The notes below the pieces were generated by a model. It had not been told where the DNA came from, made no database searches, and worked only from the letters and a program-made list of their open reading frames with translations. A program made the translations under genes and the position numbers. From NCBI GenBank assembly GCA_963793865.1, contig CAWCBP010000008.1:1-64000 (forward strand): a DNA stretch of 64,000 bases, read 5' to 3'. Origin of the DNA: an uncultured delta proteobacterium (GTDB taxonomy: Bacteria > Desulfobacterota > WTBG01). Within the stretch, counting starts at the first letter, position 1; every line of letters starts with the position of its first letter. This document shows, piece after piece, positions 1-11,422 of this stretch.

Positions 1-370
1 CCATCAATTCTCCTGTGCGCGAACGTGTCCCTTCGGGAGCAATGACCAGAATATTATTCTCTTCCATCAGGGAGATCACTTTGCGCAAGGCTTTAATATC
101 GGGGTTAAAGCGGTCAATGAAGATGAAGTTGAAGTATTTTCCAACCCAGCGGAAAAGAGACCGACCTTTCCCCACTTTTCCCGATCAATCACAAACATAT
201 CCCAGCGGTCGAGCGCATAAAATGCAATCGGGACATCCACGAATCCCAAGATGATTGGTGGCGATGACAAAACTGCCTTCCTTCGGCAGATATTCATAGC
301 CACTGACTTCCACGCGGGCAATGAGGTTGAAGATGCAGGCGAATCAGCCAGCGAATAATATATTACTCAT
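1..370 (-). CDS. Lysophospholipid/1-acyl-sn-glycerol-3-phosphate acyltransferase family protein (frameshifted, runs off window start)
   Basis: ATG at 370. Pieces read across frames (..NHLG.., PIILGFVDVPIAFYALDRWDMFV.., ILVIAPEGTRS) parallel the adjacent paralog. Several indels. Confidence 0.7.
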
Positions 371-371
371 G

Positions 372-1034
372 TCAGTTTTTCAATAATTCCTTCAAGCGTG
401 GATGATCGGCATAGACCCCACGATATTTTTCGGGAAGCAGTGCGGCGATCTGGCACATGATCTCATCGGTTGCCTGGCGCATGGCCTCTTCGCGTCCCTT
501 TCCTTTGGGGAGCTGAACATAAATCGGATCCGCCGCTGTCACAGTGATCTTTGAGCGCCGGAAATGTTTCAGGTTTTCGAGCACGCCGCGGTCCTCGGTG
601 CCGGTCACAGCGACGGGCAGCACAGGATATCCGCTTTTGCTTGCCAGAAATGCGACTCCCATTTTGCCTTCCTGCAATGCTTCGGTCTTTGAACGTGTCC
701 CTTCAGGGGCAATCACCAACAGCCCGCCCTGCTTCATCCGCTCAAGGATCTGCCTCAAGGCGGAATAATCTGCTTCGAAGCGGTTCAACCAGATGGCGTT
801 TGCGGCGCGCCCGATCGCCCCATAGAGCGGATGATCCCTGTATTTTTCAGCAACCGGCATGATGATGTCTTCACGGTCGAGGATGCACAACAGAACGGCT
901 GTATCGAGTCTCCCCAGATGATTTGCGGCGACGATCACATTTCCTTCGGGAAGTTTTTCGATCCCATTGACTTCAATATCTGCGATGAGCTTCATGAAAA
1001 AGCGGACGATGGAGCGCAATGTTCTATATTTCAT
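372..1034 (-). CDS. plsC: 1-acyl-sn-glycerol-3-phosphate acyltransferase (PlsC family)
   Basis: NHLGRLD (NHxxxxD) and APEGTRS acyltransferase motifs; intact 220-aa ORF. Confidence 0.85.
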   Translation of the reverse strand: MKYRTLRSIVRFFMKLIADIEVNGIEKLPEGNVIVAANHLGRLDTAVLLCILDREDIIMPVAEKYRDHPLYGAIGRAANAIWLNRFEADYSALRQILERMKQGGLLVIAPEGTRSKTEALQEGKMGVAFLASKSGYPVLPVAVTGTEDRGVLENLKHFRRSKITVTAADPIYVQLPKGKGREEAMRQATDEIMCQIAALLPEKYRGVYADHPRLKELLKN

Positions 1035-1117
1035 GACGGCAATTTTACAACAAGCGAAGCAGTCCTGTGGACAAGCGAAGCACTATGCCCGCATGTTTTT
1101 GCGGGAATCCTGTGGAT

Positions 1118-1144
1118 AAAAAACGGGCGGCACGTGCCGCCCGT
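1118..1144 (-). terminator. Intrinsic terminator after PilZ gene
   Basis: Hairpin acgggcggcac/gtgccgcccgt with an adjacent A-run (U-tract on minus strand). Confidence 0.6.
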
Positions 1145-1203
1145 CAAAGTAGAAAATATCGTTGGAACTTATCTCCATAAATAATCGTCAGAGCTTCTGT
1201 TTT

Positions 1204-1555
1204 TCATCGTGTTCTGCGACCATATTTATCGAACATGCGCTGGAAGATCGACATGTCGCTGGGGGCCATATTGATGATCTCAAAGCCGACATTGTAGGTG
1301 TTGGGGTCAACATGATCAGGATGGCACCATTTGCTGCGGGCAATAAACACCATGGAATTCTTATCGGCGATATCGGGTGTCAGTTCGATCTGCATCCGAA
1401 AATCCTGCCCGGCTGGGATCTGTTTCTGGCTGTCCAGCTTGAAACCCGCCTGTGCTGATATCTGAAAGATAACCGATCAACTGTTTGCTCAGTTCGTCTG
1501 TGACTTGCATGTAGTACGTAAAGTCACGACGGGTGATTTTTCGTTTGTCTGCCAT
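1204..1555 (-). CDS. PilZ domain protein (frameshifted)
   Basis: MADKRKITRR (RxxxR) and DISTGG (DxSxxG) c-di-GMP motifs, then ARSKWC..YNVGFEI; split between ORFs 1361-1600 and 1204-1395. Confidence 0.75.
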
Positions 1556-1767
1556 AATGTTCGCTCCTTCTTCAGATAAGTATATGACAAGTGTGATCAA
1601 GATTCAATAGTGAACAAACAAAAATGTAATTGTAATTCTGTCCTTCCATATCTGGTGGGGATAAGCGTATCGCCAGATATGGATGGAATCATGCAGCTGA
1701 GTAAAATTCGCATCAAATTTGCTGCAAATGCTTCTGGAACCATTAACTTCGCAGTAGGATTACTGCT

Positions 1768-2099
1768 TTGGAACAACAAAACCTGCTTCACGCAAGCCTC
1801 ATCCTGATCTGGTTGATCGCCTCACAAGTATTGGCTCTGGCATCCTTGTTTTTTGGCTGTCATGGCAGGATCTCTGTCATGGCATTTGACTCGGGAGTGA
1901 CGGCGGAAGCCTGGACTTTCGTGATCGCCGTCTGGTCCTACCCATCTGGCCGATCGCCTTTGCCATCGCAGCATGGATCGCCTATGCTCGCAAAAAGGAT
2001 AGGCTGGCAGGCATCCTCACGACGCTTACTTTCCTTCCTGTGTTGGTGTTGATCCTCGTTTCATCATGTTCGTCAAGCATTTCTATAGTTTTCGCATAA
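1768..2099 (+). CDS. Small hypothetical membrane protein (frameshifted)
   Basis: Hydrophobic segments in successive frames (LIWLIASQVLALASLFF, AWTFVIAVWSYP, IAFAIAAWIAYA). Confidence 0.45.
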
Positions 2100-2140
2100 G
2101 AAATCTAAAGGAACTGGTCTCGCTGCGAGACCAGTTCTTC

Positions 2141-3300
2141 TTATTCTGCCTTCAAAATATGTGTCAGGATCGTTGCGCCTGAGCCGCCGATGTTCTGTGC
2201 CATGCCGATCTTTGCGCCGTCCACCTGTGTTCCGCCGCACTCGCCGCGCAATTGCTGGACGACTTCCACGATCTGATACATCCCCGTCGCGCCGACCGGA
2301 TGCCCGCGGGCCTTTCAATCCGCCACGAGTGCAGATGGGCACACGTCCCTTCGGGCTGATCTCGTTATCGAGCCCCAGCCTCACACCCTGGCCGCGTTCG
2401 GCAAATCCGCACGCTTCGAGCGACAGGGCAGACATGATCGAGAACGCGTCGTGCAGCTCGAACACGTCGATATCCTTCGGCCCGACGTTTGCCATCTCAT
2501 AGGCGCGTTTGGCTGACTGATAGCCAGCGGACAGGAACAACGGATCTTTCCTCGAGTGGACGGCAATCGAATCCGTCGCGGACGCCGAACCTGCCACCGT
2601 TATCCGCGGCTTTCCGTTCAACGAGGCGACCTTCTCCGCAGGGACAATCACCACCGCGGCCGCGCCATCCCCGGTGGGGGAGGCATCCAGAAGGTTGATC
2701 GGCGTCGCGACCATGGACGATTTTTCGAATTGCTCCACGTTGATCTTTTGATGCAGGCGCGCAAATGGATTGTGCATGGCGTTGGCATGGGCATTGATCG
2801 AGAAGGGCGCGAAGTCCGCGTGCTTCCAGCCATATTCGTGCATGTAGCGGCGCATGATCAGCGCATTGATGCCCACGAACGAGATACCCTGTTCCACTTC
2901 GTAATCCGCATCGGCGGCGGTGGCCAGCGCGGCAGTGACATCATGACCGGCTTTATCGGTCATTTTCTCGACGCCCACCACCAGCGCTGAGTCGATGTCG
3001 CCGGAGGCAACAGCCATCAGCCCCGCGCGAAGCGCTGCCGCACCCGACGCGCAGGCGGCTTCCACTTTGACCGCTTCCTGATGCCAGAGTCCGATCCAAT
3101 CCGAAAAGAAAGTCCCGAGCTGGTTTTGACCGCTGATCATGGGGCGAAAGCATATTCCCAACGAACAGCGCATCGACCTTCTCCATGCCCGCATCGTGCA
3201 TCGCGGCGAAGGCGGCGTTCCCACCGATCTCGCGCAGGGATAGGTCCCAATGTTCGTCAATTTTTGTTTGACCAATACCTAGAATAGCAACTTGTCGCAT
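2141..3300 (-). CDS. Thiolase (SCP-x/archaeal-type acetyl-CoA acetyltransferase), frameshifted
   Basis: [12 protein letters not shown] start, VEAACASG active-site Cys, [24 protein letters not shown]; two or more indels. Confidence 0.85.
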
Positions 3301-3320
3301 TGTTTTCTCCACTGCTATTT

Positions 3321-3384
3321 TAACTGATTTGACTCTCAGCTTCTATCAAATATATAACTGATTGGACTCTCAGCTTCTATCAAA
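3321..3384. repeat. Two near-identical 30-bp direct repeats (period 34) upstream of thiolase
   Basis: taactgatttgactctcagcttctatcaaa (3321-3350) and taactgattggactctcagcttctatcaaa (3355-3384). Confidence 0.85.
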
Positions 3385-3385
3385 A

Positions 3386-3414
3386 TAAAAAGGAGCGGCA
3401 ATTGCCGCTCCTTT
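3386..3414 (-). terminator. Intrinsic terminator
   Basis: aaaaaggagcggca-at-tgccgctccttt hairpin downstream of gene 3432-4204. Confidence 0.65.
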
Positions 3415-3431
3415 ATCGATCTATACTTTAT

Positions 3432-4204
3432 TTACGGTTTTTTATTCTTGCCCTTGCCTTTACCCTTATCTTTGTTCTTATCTTTATCCTTGCCGTTGCC
3501 GTGGTCCTGCTGGGTTACCGACATCTTCAGATGCTATCATCTGCATGCCCGGAAACGATGACGCCCAGATTTTTCTTGTCCTTCTCCAAGGATGCCTTTT
3601 TGAACTGGCCCCAGTTGGTGGGCGTGATGAGCCATCGGGCAGGTATCGAAAGCGCTGTAATCGCCGCTCTGTTTCGCTTCCAGGATCAAGCCCTGCGGCA
3701 GACTGCATCTCCGTTCGATGCTGTCTGACATCCACAATGCCTGGGCAATGACGCCGAAGCCAAAACCATCTTCGTGAAAACCATTCACGACACGCTGGGA
3801 TCCTCATCGAAGAAATTCGGCTAACATCGCGGCAATGGGATGAACGTTTCCTCTGCCGGTTCTTCGTCGGAATCACAGTCGGTCGGATCGATTTCCACTG
3901 TCTGTCCGACTCTGTGTTTGATCGACAACAGGTTCGCTGCGTGGTTGGATCCAACGTGACCAGACCAAGCGTCACAGCCGTATCCACACTGAGATGGACG
4001 GTTTGGGTTGCTCCCTGGTCATCCTGAAGTGTAACAACGACAGTGGTAACTCCATTTGCATCGGTTTCAGTTGTAATACTCTGTATGGTACCGGTAATGG
4101 GAGTTGTGTCCTGCGTTTGTGGAGCGGCTGCCACACTGCCAACCTGCGCGAACAAAACTACAAGGACCAATAGAATACTTGCCAAGTAGTTTTTTATTAG
4201 TCAT
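3432..4204 (-). CDS. Secreted hypothetical protein with Lys/Gly-rich C-terminus (multiple frameshifts)
   Basis: Signal peptide (ILLVLVVLFAQVGSVAAA), Thr-rich region, FHEDGFGFGVIAQALWM segment, tail GKDKDKNKDKGKGKNKKP. Confidence 0.55.
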
Positions 4205-4440
4205 TTTTTCTCCTTTCAGAATATCTAACTTCTATTCTACATCAAAATAAACGCTGCAAATAAACTTTCAAGACTGAAAACGGTACTAATTTACTATAGG
4301 TAGTACTCCAATTCCGTATGTTATCGTGAATCAGTCACTGTTATATTCTGATCTTATATTCGACAAATTCTCTCATGATTTTCTCAAATGATTTATACTT
4401 GCGCAAATTCCGGCCAGTTCACTGTATGAGGGATAATCAT

Positions 4441-4956
4441 ATGGAACATAATGTTTGGAAAGAAAACCTTTTGGAAGCTGTTACACAAATGGGGGAGGAG
4501 GGCCGTGCCGCAGTGGACTTTCTGCGTACCCGCCAGGACGAAGATCGGTTTCAAACGGGCACGTCCCAACATCGGCGCGTTTTGGACCGTATTCGGCAAT
4601 ATCCGTTTGAATTCACATTATTACACGTATGAAACGCCGCTGGACGATCTGCGTATCAAGACCCTGATCATTCATGAAGCCCGCCATTTGCAGCAGGGAA
4701 TGATCACTGCCTTATCTGTTTATGGGGAGCTGGATGCCTGGCAATTGGAATTTGGTATTTATCATCGCGTCAAAGGGGACTATCCACACGCCGCAATTGG
4801 GGAGTTGATGACCCTGCCCTTGGGATATGACCGTGACGGTATTGAAGAAAGCTGCTCAACTGATGCAGGCTTATGCCGGGAAAGGGTTATCGCGTGGATC
4901 TGCTTCCATTGTTTCCATTGGATAAAGAAATAAGATATTGGATGACCAGACGATAA
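4441..4956 (+). CDS. Hypothetical protein with HExxH zincin-like motif (frameshifted)
   Basis: MEHNVWKENLL.. joins ORF 4451-4933 containing IIHEARHLQQ and a downstream GELDAW Glu. Confidence 0.55.
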
Positions 4957-5143
4957 ATTAATTTCCGACATATTCTTTTGCGGATAATTCTTCCCATAAT
5001 CATACGTTTCTATGATTTTCTTCACTATTAGAAGGTGACAACCCCACGTAGAATTGGGGTATTCAACCCACGCAAGAAAATGGGTAATTTGACTGTATAA
5101 TTTCGCAATTATTTATGAGCCTACCCTTAATGAGGAGCGTGCA

Positions 5144-6323
5144 ATGAGCAAATGGTTTAAGGCACAACAGATCGCAATTGGGATTGGCTGGTCTTGTACT
5201 TGGGAGTTTTGCTTCTCCTTGTTGTTCTGACCTTGTCTGCAACACCTGTTGCGGCTGCGCCCCAACCTCAAGGCGATACAGCCACCGACGAAACTTGTTT
5301 AGCCTGTCATCAACAGGAAGGGATGACCGCTCAAATTGGGGGACAGCCTCTTCCGTTCACCATCGATCCGCAGAAATTTCGCGCCTCCGTGCATGGAACG
5401 GAAAATATTGCCTGTGTGGATTGCCATACGAATATCACGGGTTTTCCACATCCTGAAGTGACTGCGAGCAGTCCGCGCGATTTTTCGCTGGAAATGTATC
5501 CCACCTGCCAGAAATGTCACCACGAGCAATATCAAAAGACATTGGATAGTGTCCATCAGACGTGCGCTGGCGGCTGGGAATACCAATGCTGCGGTTTGCA
5601 CAGATTGTCATAACCCGCATACCCAGACACGCCTGACAGATAAGAATACAGGTGAACTCTTGCTGGGTGCACGGCTTGTCATTCCACAAACCTGTGCCAA
5701 GTGCCACAGCACGATCTATGAAACCTATAAGCAAAGTGTCCATGGCGCGGCATTGACCGAGGAAGGCAATCAGTATGTTCCCACCTGTATTGATTGTCAT
5801 GGCGTTCATAACATTGGAGATCCCACCACGAACAGCTTTCCGCAACAGTACGCCCTATCTCTGTGCGCAAACTGCCATACCAATGAAACGCTCATGAAGA
5901 AATATGGCATCTCGACCAATGTGTTGAACACCTATGTTGCTGACTTCCATGGTACGACCGTGAAAATGTTCGAGGAGAATTATCCCGACCAGCCAACGAA
6001 CAAACCGGTCTGCACAGATTGTCATGGCGTTCACGATATTCTGAGACCGGATGATCCCAAAGCAGGCATTGCGTTCAAGAAAAATCTGCTGGTCAAATGC
6101 CAGCAATGTCATCCCGATGCAACGACAGCCAGCTTTCACCGATGCCTGGCTAAGTCACTATGAACCGAGCCCTCAGGTGTTCCCGCTCGTGTATTTCGTC
6201 AACCTGTTCTACAAAATCTTCATCCCTGCTGTTCTGGGAGGCATGATCTTGTTTGTGCTGACGGATGTTTACCGCAGGTTTATTGCGCGCCGCACGCAGG
6301 CGAAAGGAGGAACGCACGAATGA
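5144..6323 (+). CDS. Multiheme cytochrome c (about 9 CxxCH) with signal peptide and C-terminal membrane anchor, frameshifted
   Basis: CLACH, CVDCH, CQKCH, CTDCH, CAKCH, CIDCH, CANCH, CTDCH and CQQCH across ORFs 5194-5613, 5549-6163 and 6051-6323; TM helix IFIPAVLGGMILFVL. Confidence 0.85.
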
Positions 6324-7562
6324 GCGACACAGTCACCCGCACCTATGAGCGTTTCCCGCTTGCCCGTCGCATCGAGCATTGGATCATGATGCTTTCCTTT
6401 ACAACACTGGCGACTTACGGTTTGCCGCAAAAATTTTCCAGCTCGCCGTCTTTCGATTGCCTTTGTGTACATTCTCGGCGGCATCGAGAACCTGCGGACC
6501 ATCCACCATTTTGCTGCCATCGTGATGATGCTTGGCACCGCCTGGCACATCCTTGTCTTTGGCTACATGGCCTATGTGCGCCGCACACGCTTGACCATGC
6601 TGCCCAGCCTTGCAGGATGTGAAGGATGGCTGGCAGGCGCTCATGTATAACATCGGTCGCGCCAAAACGCCTCCTCAAATGGGCCGCTATACCTTTGAAG
6701 AAAAAATGGAATACTGGGCGTTCGTCTGGGGAGCCATCATCATGGGCGCAACAGGCTTCATGATGTGGAACCCGATCTCCACTGCCAGATTCCTGCCCGG
6801 CGAAGTGATCCCTGCCGCGAAAGCTGCACATGGCGGCGAAGCCCTGCTGGCTGTCCTGGCCATCATCATCTGGCATATGTATGGTGTTCATATCAAGCGC
6901 TTCAACAAATCCATGTTCACCGGCAAGATGAGCGAAGAGGAGATGCTTCATGAGCATCCGCTGGAACTGGCGGATATCAAAGCAGGGATGGCAGAACGTC
7001 CGGTTGATCCGGTTGCACTTCGCAAACGCCAGAGGGTTTATTTGCCGATTGCGGCAGTGCTGGCGCTCTTTATGCTGCTCGGTGTATATGGTTTTGTCAA
7101 TGCAGAGCAAACGGCTCTGACAACAGTCGAACGACAGGTGCCAACGGTGGTAGTCTTTGTGCCGCAGACGCCAACTCCCGCGCCGACCCAGACGCCAACT
7201 GTCCCTGCCGACAGAGACCGCGCTTCCCACGTCATCTCCCAACGCGGCACAGCCGGAGCAGCAGATTCCACGCCCTCACCGCGGCTCCAGCCTCAGCCCT
7301 GACGTGGGATAACTCGATCGGCGCGTTGTTCCAGGCAAAATGTACAGCCTGTCATGGAGCCGGCGCATTAGGCTGGATTGAACCTCTCCACCTATGCCGA
7401 TGCCATGAAAGGCGGAGCTCCGGTCCGGTGATTATTCCTGGCGATGGCGCCAACAGTTTGCTGGTCACAAAACAACAGGCAGGCGGACATCCCGGTCAAT
7501 TAACACCTGAGGAGATTGCTCAAGTCATTGAGTGGATCAACGCTGGCGCACTGGAAAAGTAA
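6320..7562 (+). CDS. Diheme cytochrome b (FdnI/HyaC-like) with C-terminal monoheme cytochrome c domain, frameshifted
   Basis: RIEHW, TIHHFAA, GRYTFEEKMEYWA, AAHGGEALLA..IWHMY; Pro/Thr linker; CTACH domain at 7326-7562. Confidence 0.75.
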
Positions 7563-7632
7563 GTCGAATCACCCCAGTGCTCGGAGGTATCGAAGCTTTT
7601 TTTGAAAATTCATCGCAAAGGAGAAAAAGACT

Positions 7633-8115
7633 ATGGATGCACCTCGAGAACGTAAGATAAGTCGGCGTGACTTCATGAAGATGGTCATTGCTGGTATCAG
7701 CGGTGTGATTGGGGCGGCGATTGGAGTGCCGGCAATTGCCTATGTAGTCGGTCCTGCGCTACAAAAAGGGATTGATGAGTGGATCCGCCTGGGTTCGGTG
7801 AATAAGGTTGAGGTGAATATCCCAACCCTTTTCAAGACGGTTATTCAAAAGCAAACAGGCTGGATCAATGCCGAGGAGGAATTCTCAGCCTACGTGTTGA
7901 CGGAAAATGGACAGGATTTTACAGTGATGTCCAATATTTGCACTCATTTGGGCTGCAGAGTTCGATGGATCGCAGAAAAAGAAGGCTTCTTTTGCCCTTG
8001 CCATAATGGTGTCTTCTCAAAAGATGGTAGCGTTGTATCCGGCCCTCCGCCTCGTTCCCTTGATCGTTTCGAGAGCAAGGTTGAAGATGGTGTTCTTTTT
8101 GTGAAGCGAGGTTAA
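7633..8115 (+). CDS. qcrA: Rieske iron-sulfur subunit of Rieske/cytochrome b complex
   Basis: Tat signal SRRDFMK; CTHLGC and CPCH motifs; GPPPRSL. Confidence 0.92.
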   Translation: MDAPRERKISRRDFMKMVIAGISGVIGAAIGVPAIAYVVGPALQKGIDEWIRLGSVNKVEVNIPTLFKTVIQKQTGWINAEEEFSAYVLTENGQDFTVMSNICTHLGCRVRWIAEKEGFFCPCHNGVFSKDGSVVSGPPPRSLDRFESKVEDGVLFVKRG

Positions 8116-8116
8116 C

Positions 8117-8788
8117 ATGTTTCCGAATCTTGTGAATTGGCTGGATGATCGGTTTGGCTGGCGTGCTGTCTGGGAGGCGATCTTTCTGCGCAAAATTCCC
8201 CACGTTAATTGGTTATATACATTAGGGAGTGCCACTCTGTTCTTAGCCATACTTCAGGCTGTCACTGGAATTTTGCTAACGCTTTATTACGTACCCACAC
8301 CTGATCACGCCTATGACAGTGTCGTCTACATTTCTACCCAGCTTCCTGCCGGCTGGTTTATCCGGGGATTGCATCACTGGGGCGCAAGTGCCATGGTTGT
8401 GGTTACAGTTGCTCATCTGCTGCGTGTATTCTTCTATGGCGCTTACAAATATCCGCGTGAGGCAACCTGGATAACGGGTGTTTTCCTTTTGCTGATCGTG
8501 ATCGGCTTTGGCTTTACCGGCTACCTGTTGCCATGGGATCAAAAAGCTTTTTGGGCAACAACCGTTGGAACCCGCATTGCCGGAGTTGCCCCGGTAGTTG
8601 GTGATTGGTTGTTACGAATTGCACGCGGTGGAGATGAATTATCGGCGGTGACATTGGCGCGCTTTTTTGGCACCCATATCTGGGTGTTACCGGCATCTTT
8701 GGCGACTCTGGTATTTGTGCATCTTTACTCTGGTCATCCGCATTGGCATCACAGCTGTGCCTTCACGGGAAGGAGGAGTGAGCCATGA
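8117..8788 (+). CDS. qcrB: Cytochrome b6-type (split cytochrome b N-terminal subunit); indel near 3' end
   Basis: TGILLTLYYVP, RGLHHWGASAM, HLLRVF, GYLLPWDQKAFWA, RFFGTH. Confidence 0.9.
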   Translation: MFPNLVNWLDDRFGWRAVWEAIFLRKIPHVNWLYTLGSATLFLAILQAVTGILLTLYYVPTPDHAYDSVVYISTQLPAGWFIRGLHHWGASAMVVVTVAHLLRVFFYGAYKYPREATWITGVFLLLIVIGFGFTGYLLPWDQKAFWATTVGTRIAGVAPVVGDWLLRIARGGDELSAVTLARFFGTHIWVLPASLATLVFVHLYSGHPHWHHSCAFTGRRSEP

Positions 8789-10170
8789 ACGAACAAGAGA
8801 AAAAAGCCTACGATAAAAAATATAAAGAAGCCAAGGAAAAAGGCGTACCCTTTTTTCCGGATATTATTTTTAAGGATTCGATCGTAGTACTGATCGTGTT
8901 CATTATTCTCGTGGCTGCTGGCGTATTTTATTGGGGCGCCAGTTGAAGCCAGGGCAAATCCAAACGATACGTCCTATACACCCCGCCCGGAATGGTATTT
9001 CCTTTTTCTGTTCCAGTTACTAAAATATTTTCCGGGGAAGTTGGAAGTCATCGGGGCCATGATTCTTCCTGGCTTGTTTATTTTGCTCCTGCTCATTCTG
9101 CCTTTTATTGATAAAAGCCCGAAACGCCATTTTATGAATCGGCCCTTTGCCAGTATCTCAGCTCTGGTGGTTGTGGTTGGGATAGGGACGTTAACTTTTT
9201 TGGCTGTCAAGGAATTGCCTCCTCCACAGGAAGCGGTTGTTGTGGACCAGTCAGCCGCATTATACGCCCAGAACTGTGCCAATTGTCACGGCCCCAGCAT
9301 CGATGTTCCCCCTGGCACGGATTTGCATCAGATCATTGCCGCCGGTAATCATCAGGGTATGCCGGCTTGGGGCGGCGATCTGAGCACCGATGAAATTGAC
9401 GCCCTGGTTGGCTTCATCCTTTCACCGAATGGCAGCATCCTGTTCACCCGCGAATGTAGCGGTTGCCATGAGAACGCACTCCAGGCAACAGGCAATCCTT
9501 TGGAATTGCAGCGAGTTTTTGACGAAGGGAACAATTACCCGCCTCATTTGGAAGCAAAGATTCCCGACTGGCAGAATACCCTTTCTACAGATGAAAAAAA
9601 TGCGCTACTCAATTTCCTGGCTGCGCCTGATGGTCAGCGCCTATTTGCTGTGAATTGTTCCGGATGTCATGGTCAGGGCGTGGCATTTAATGGCACCGAA
9701 GAGGAATTGAGAGCTCTGATCGCAAAAGGCGGGCAGCATCTTGAAATGCCGGCATGGAAGGGTACACTCAGTGAGAATGATCTGTATGCGCTGGCGACAT
9801 ATGTTGTTGACCCAGGTTCGTACCCTGCTGGGGCGACATTGTTCGGCCAACACTGTGCAGCTTGTCATGGTGACAGGGTGCCCTCCGCTCCAGATATTGA
9901 GAGTGCTCAGAAGATCATAAGCAGTGGCGGCGCCCATGTGACCATGCCGGTATGGGGGAATATCCTCACTGCAGAGCAACTTGATGCGCTTGTAAAATAT
10001 ACATTCGAAATCAGCAAAGGTAGCGGAGCTGCTGCTGGCGAACGCATTTTCGCTGAGAACTGTAGCGCCTGTCATGGTCAATTTGGGCAGGGTGGTCCTA
10101 ATCCTACACGATCAGGCGATATTATTGCGCCAATCAGTTCGGCAGAGTATTTGAAAACCCGGGATGATAT
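8785..10170 (+). CDS. qcrC: Subunit IV (PEWY) fused to multiple cytochrome c domains; frameshifted, truncated at junction
   Basis: ATG 8785 (..GVPFFPDIIFKD), TPRPEWYFLFLFQLLKY, then CANCH, CSGCH, CSGCH, CAACH, CSACH; sequence character changes after KTRDD. Confidence 0.85.
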
Positions 10171-10514
10171 TCGAGTATGGCCAGCTTTTCACGCAGGACC
10201 GGCTGCTGAATGTATCGCCCGTCAAGCCAGAAGTGGGCGGTAATCATCCGGGCTTCCAGTTCGGAGGCGAACGCGACCAGCGTCTTGATTTGGGGGAGCA
10301 GAGAGGCCCTCAGCCGGGCACAGTCGAAAGGGCTGCCTTCTTCAGGGCCGTGGACGAGATAAAAAAATTTGTGCTGTTCTTTAATCCTGAGGAGGGAGGG
10401 TATTTCCTGAAAGGTCTGATGGGGATGTAAAAGATTTATTTCCGCAAAGTCGAAACCCGCTTCTCCGACCCGGGCAGCCTCATCCAAACTGTGCGCTCTG
10501 CCGCCGATGAGCAT
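10170..10514 (-). CDS. Sugar-phosphate isomerase/epimerase (AP endonuclease 2 TIM barrel) family, 3'-truncated at junction
   Basis: GFDFAEI, YLVHGP, MITAHFW pattern typical of the family N-terminus; only about 115 aa remain. Confidence 0.6.
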
Positions 10515-10539
10515 AGGGTTCTAAAGTGCAGTCACCCGG

Positions 10540-10664
10540 CAGGCTGTTGAAAAACACCCATCTGCTACGTTACGCTCATCCTTCGTCATTGCGGCGTACC
10601 TGAAAGGACGCCTCATTTCTCAGGGTTTCGCGTGCCTTGCATCTGAATGTTTTTGACCAGCCTG
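10540..10664. mobile_element. About 125-bp MITE-like element with terminal inverted repeats
   Basis: caggctgttgaaaaaca ... tgtttttgaccagcctg; partial copy at 40041-40089 and a terminus at 34414. Confidence 0.65.
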
Positions 10665-10716
10665 AAAAAAACACTTTTTCAAAAATCACCGGAGCGGGCG
10701 AAGAGAAGGGGATGTC

Positions 10717-11259
10717 CTAACCGGTTGCTTTTTGCAGGCAGACCTGCTTGGTGTCAACCTGGTTAATCTTGTTGTATGCCCTGGTGAGCTCGTTCCAGAT
10801 GTTGGGAAGAGAGATGTAGTTCTTGTCTTCCATGGCCTTTTCATAACACTTGATGGCCTTGTCGTACTGCTTGAGCTGATTGTAAATGAGGCCCATGTTA
10901 AACCAGGTATTGCCCTGGGAGATGTTATTCTCCAGCGACAGGGCATCTTCATAGCACTGTATGGCCTTGTTGTACTGTCCGAGCCGGTAATATGAGTTTC
11001 CCATGTTGTTCAGTGCCTTGTAGGAAGCGGGATAGTTCTTGTCCTTCAGCACTTCTTCGTAACACTTGACTGCTTTTTTATATTTGCACAAATAGTTGTA
11101 GGCAATACCCATGTTGAAGAGCACCTTGGAGCGGTTGTTCCGGCTTCCGTTTTTCAAGTCTTTTTCATAGCACTGGATAGCATCCGCGTATTTTTTCTGT
11201 GCAAGGAGCTCATTGCCTTTTTCAAAATAATTTATCGAAGATTTCATATTAAACTCCAT
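10717..11259 (-). CDS. Tetratricopeptide repeat protein
   Basis: Repeated FNMGIAY/NNMGNSY/FNMGLIY..YxKAIxCYE TPR units. Confidence 0.85.
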   Translation of the reverse strand: MEFNMKSSINYFEKGNELLAQKKYADAIQCYEKDLKNGSRNNRSKVLFNMGIAYNYLCKYKKAVKCYEEVLKDKNYPASYKALNNMGNSYYRLGQYNKAIQCYEDALSLENNISQGNTWFNMGLIYNQLKQYDKAIKCYEKAMEDKNYISLPNIWNELTRAYNKINQVDTKQVCLQKATG

Positions 11260-11422
11260 TCAACGGCAGAATTGAATAGATGTAATCTTAAATTGCGTGC
11301 ACTGTACCACAGACTGATCTAAAAAACAAGTGGGTATTTTACAAAGATGACCCTGATTTATCGGCATTTTTCAGAAAATGCGGTTCGCCCGATTGTATTG
11401 TTGATTCGAAAATAAGGTCTCT

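Noticed and set aside
3321..3384. 30-bp repeat pair as a mini-CRISPR
   Set aside because: Only 4 bp lie between the copies, so there is no spacer.
1..10170. Mass pseudogenisation or programmed frameshifting
   Set aside because: Indels hit most genes while catalytic motifs remain intact; long-read sequencing error is more parsimonious. The same applies to coaBC, batC/D, MMPL, the isomerase and the aldolase.
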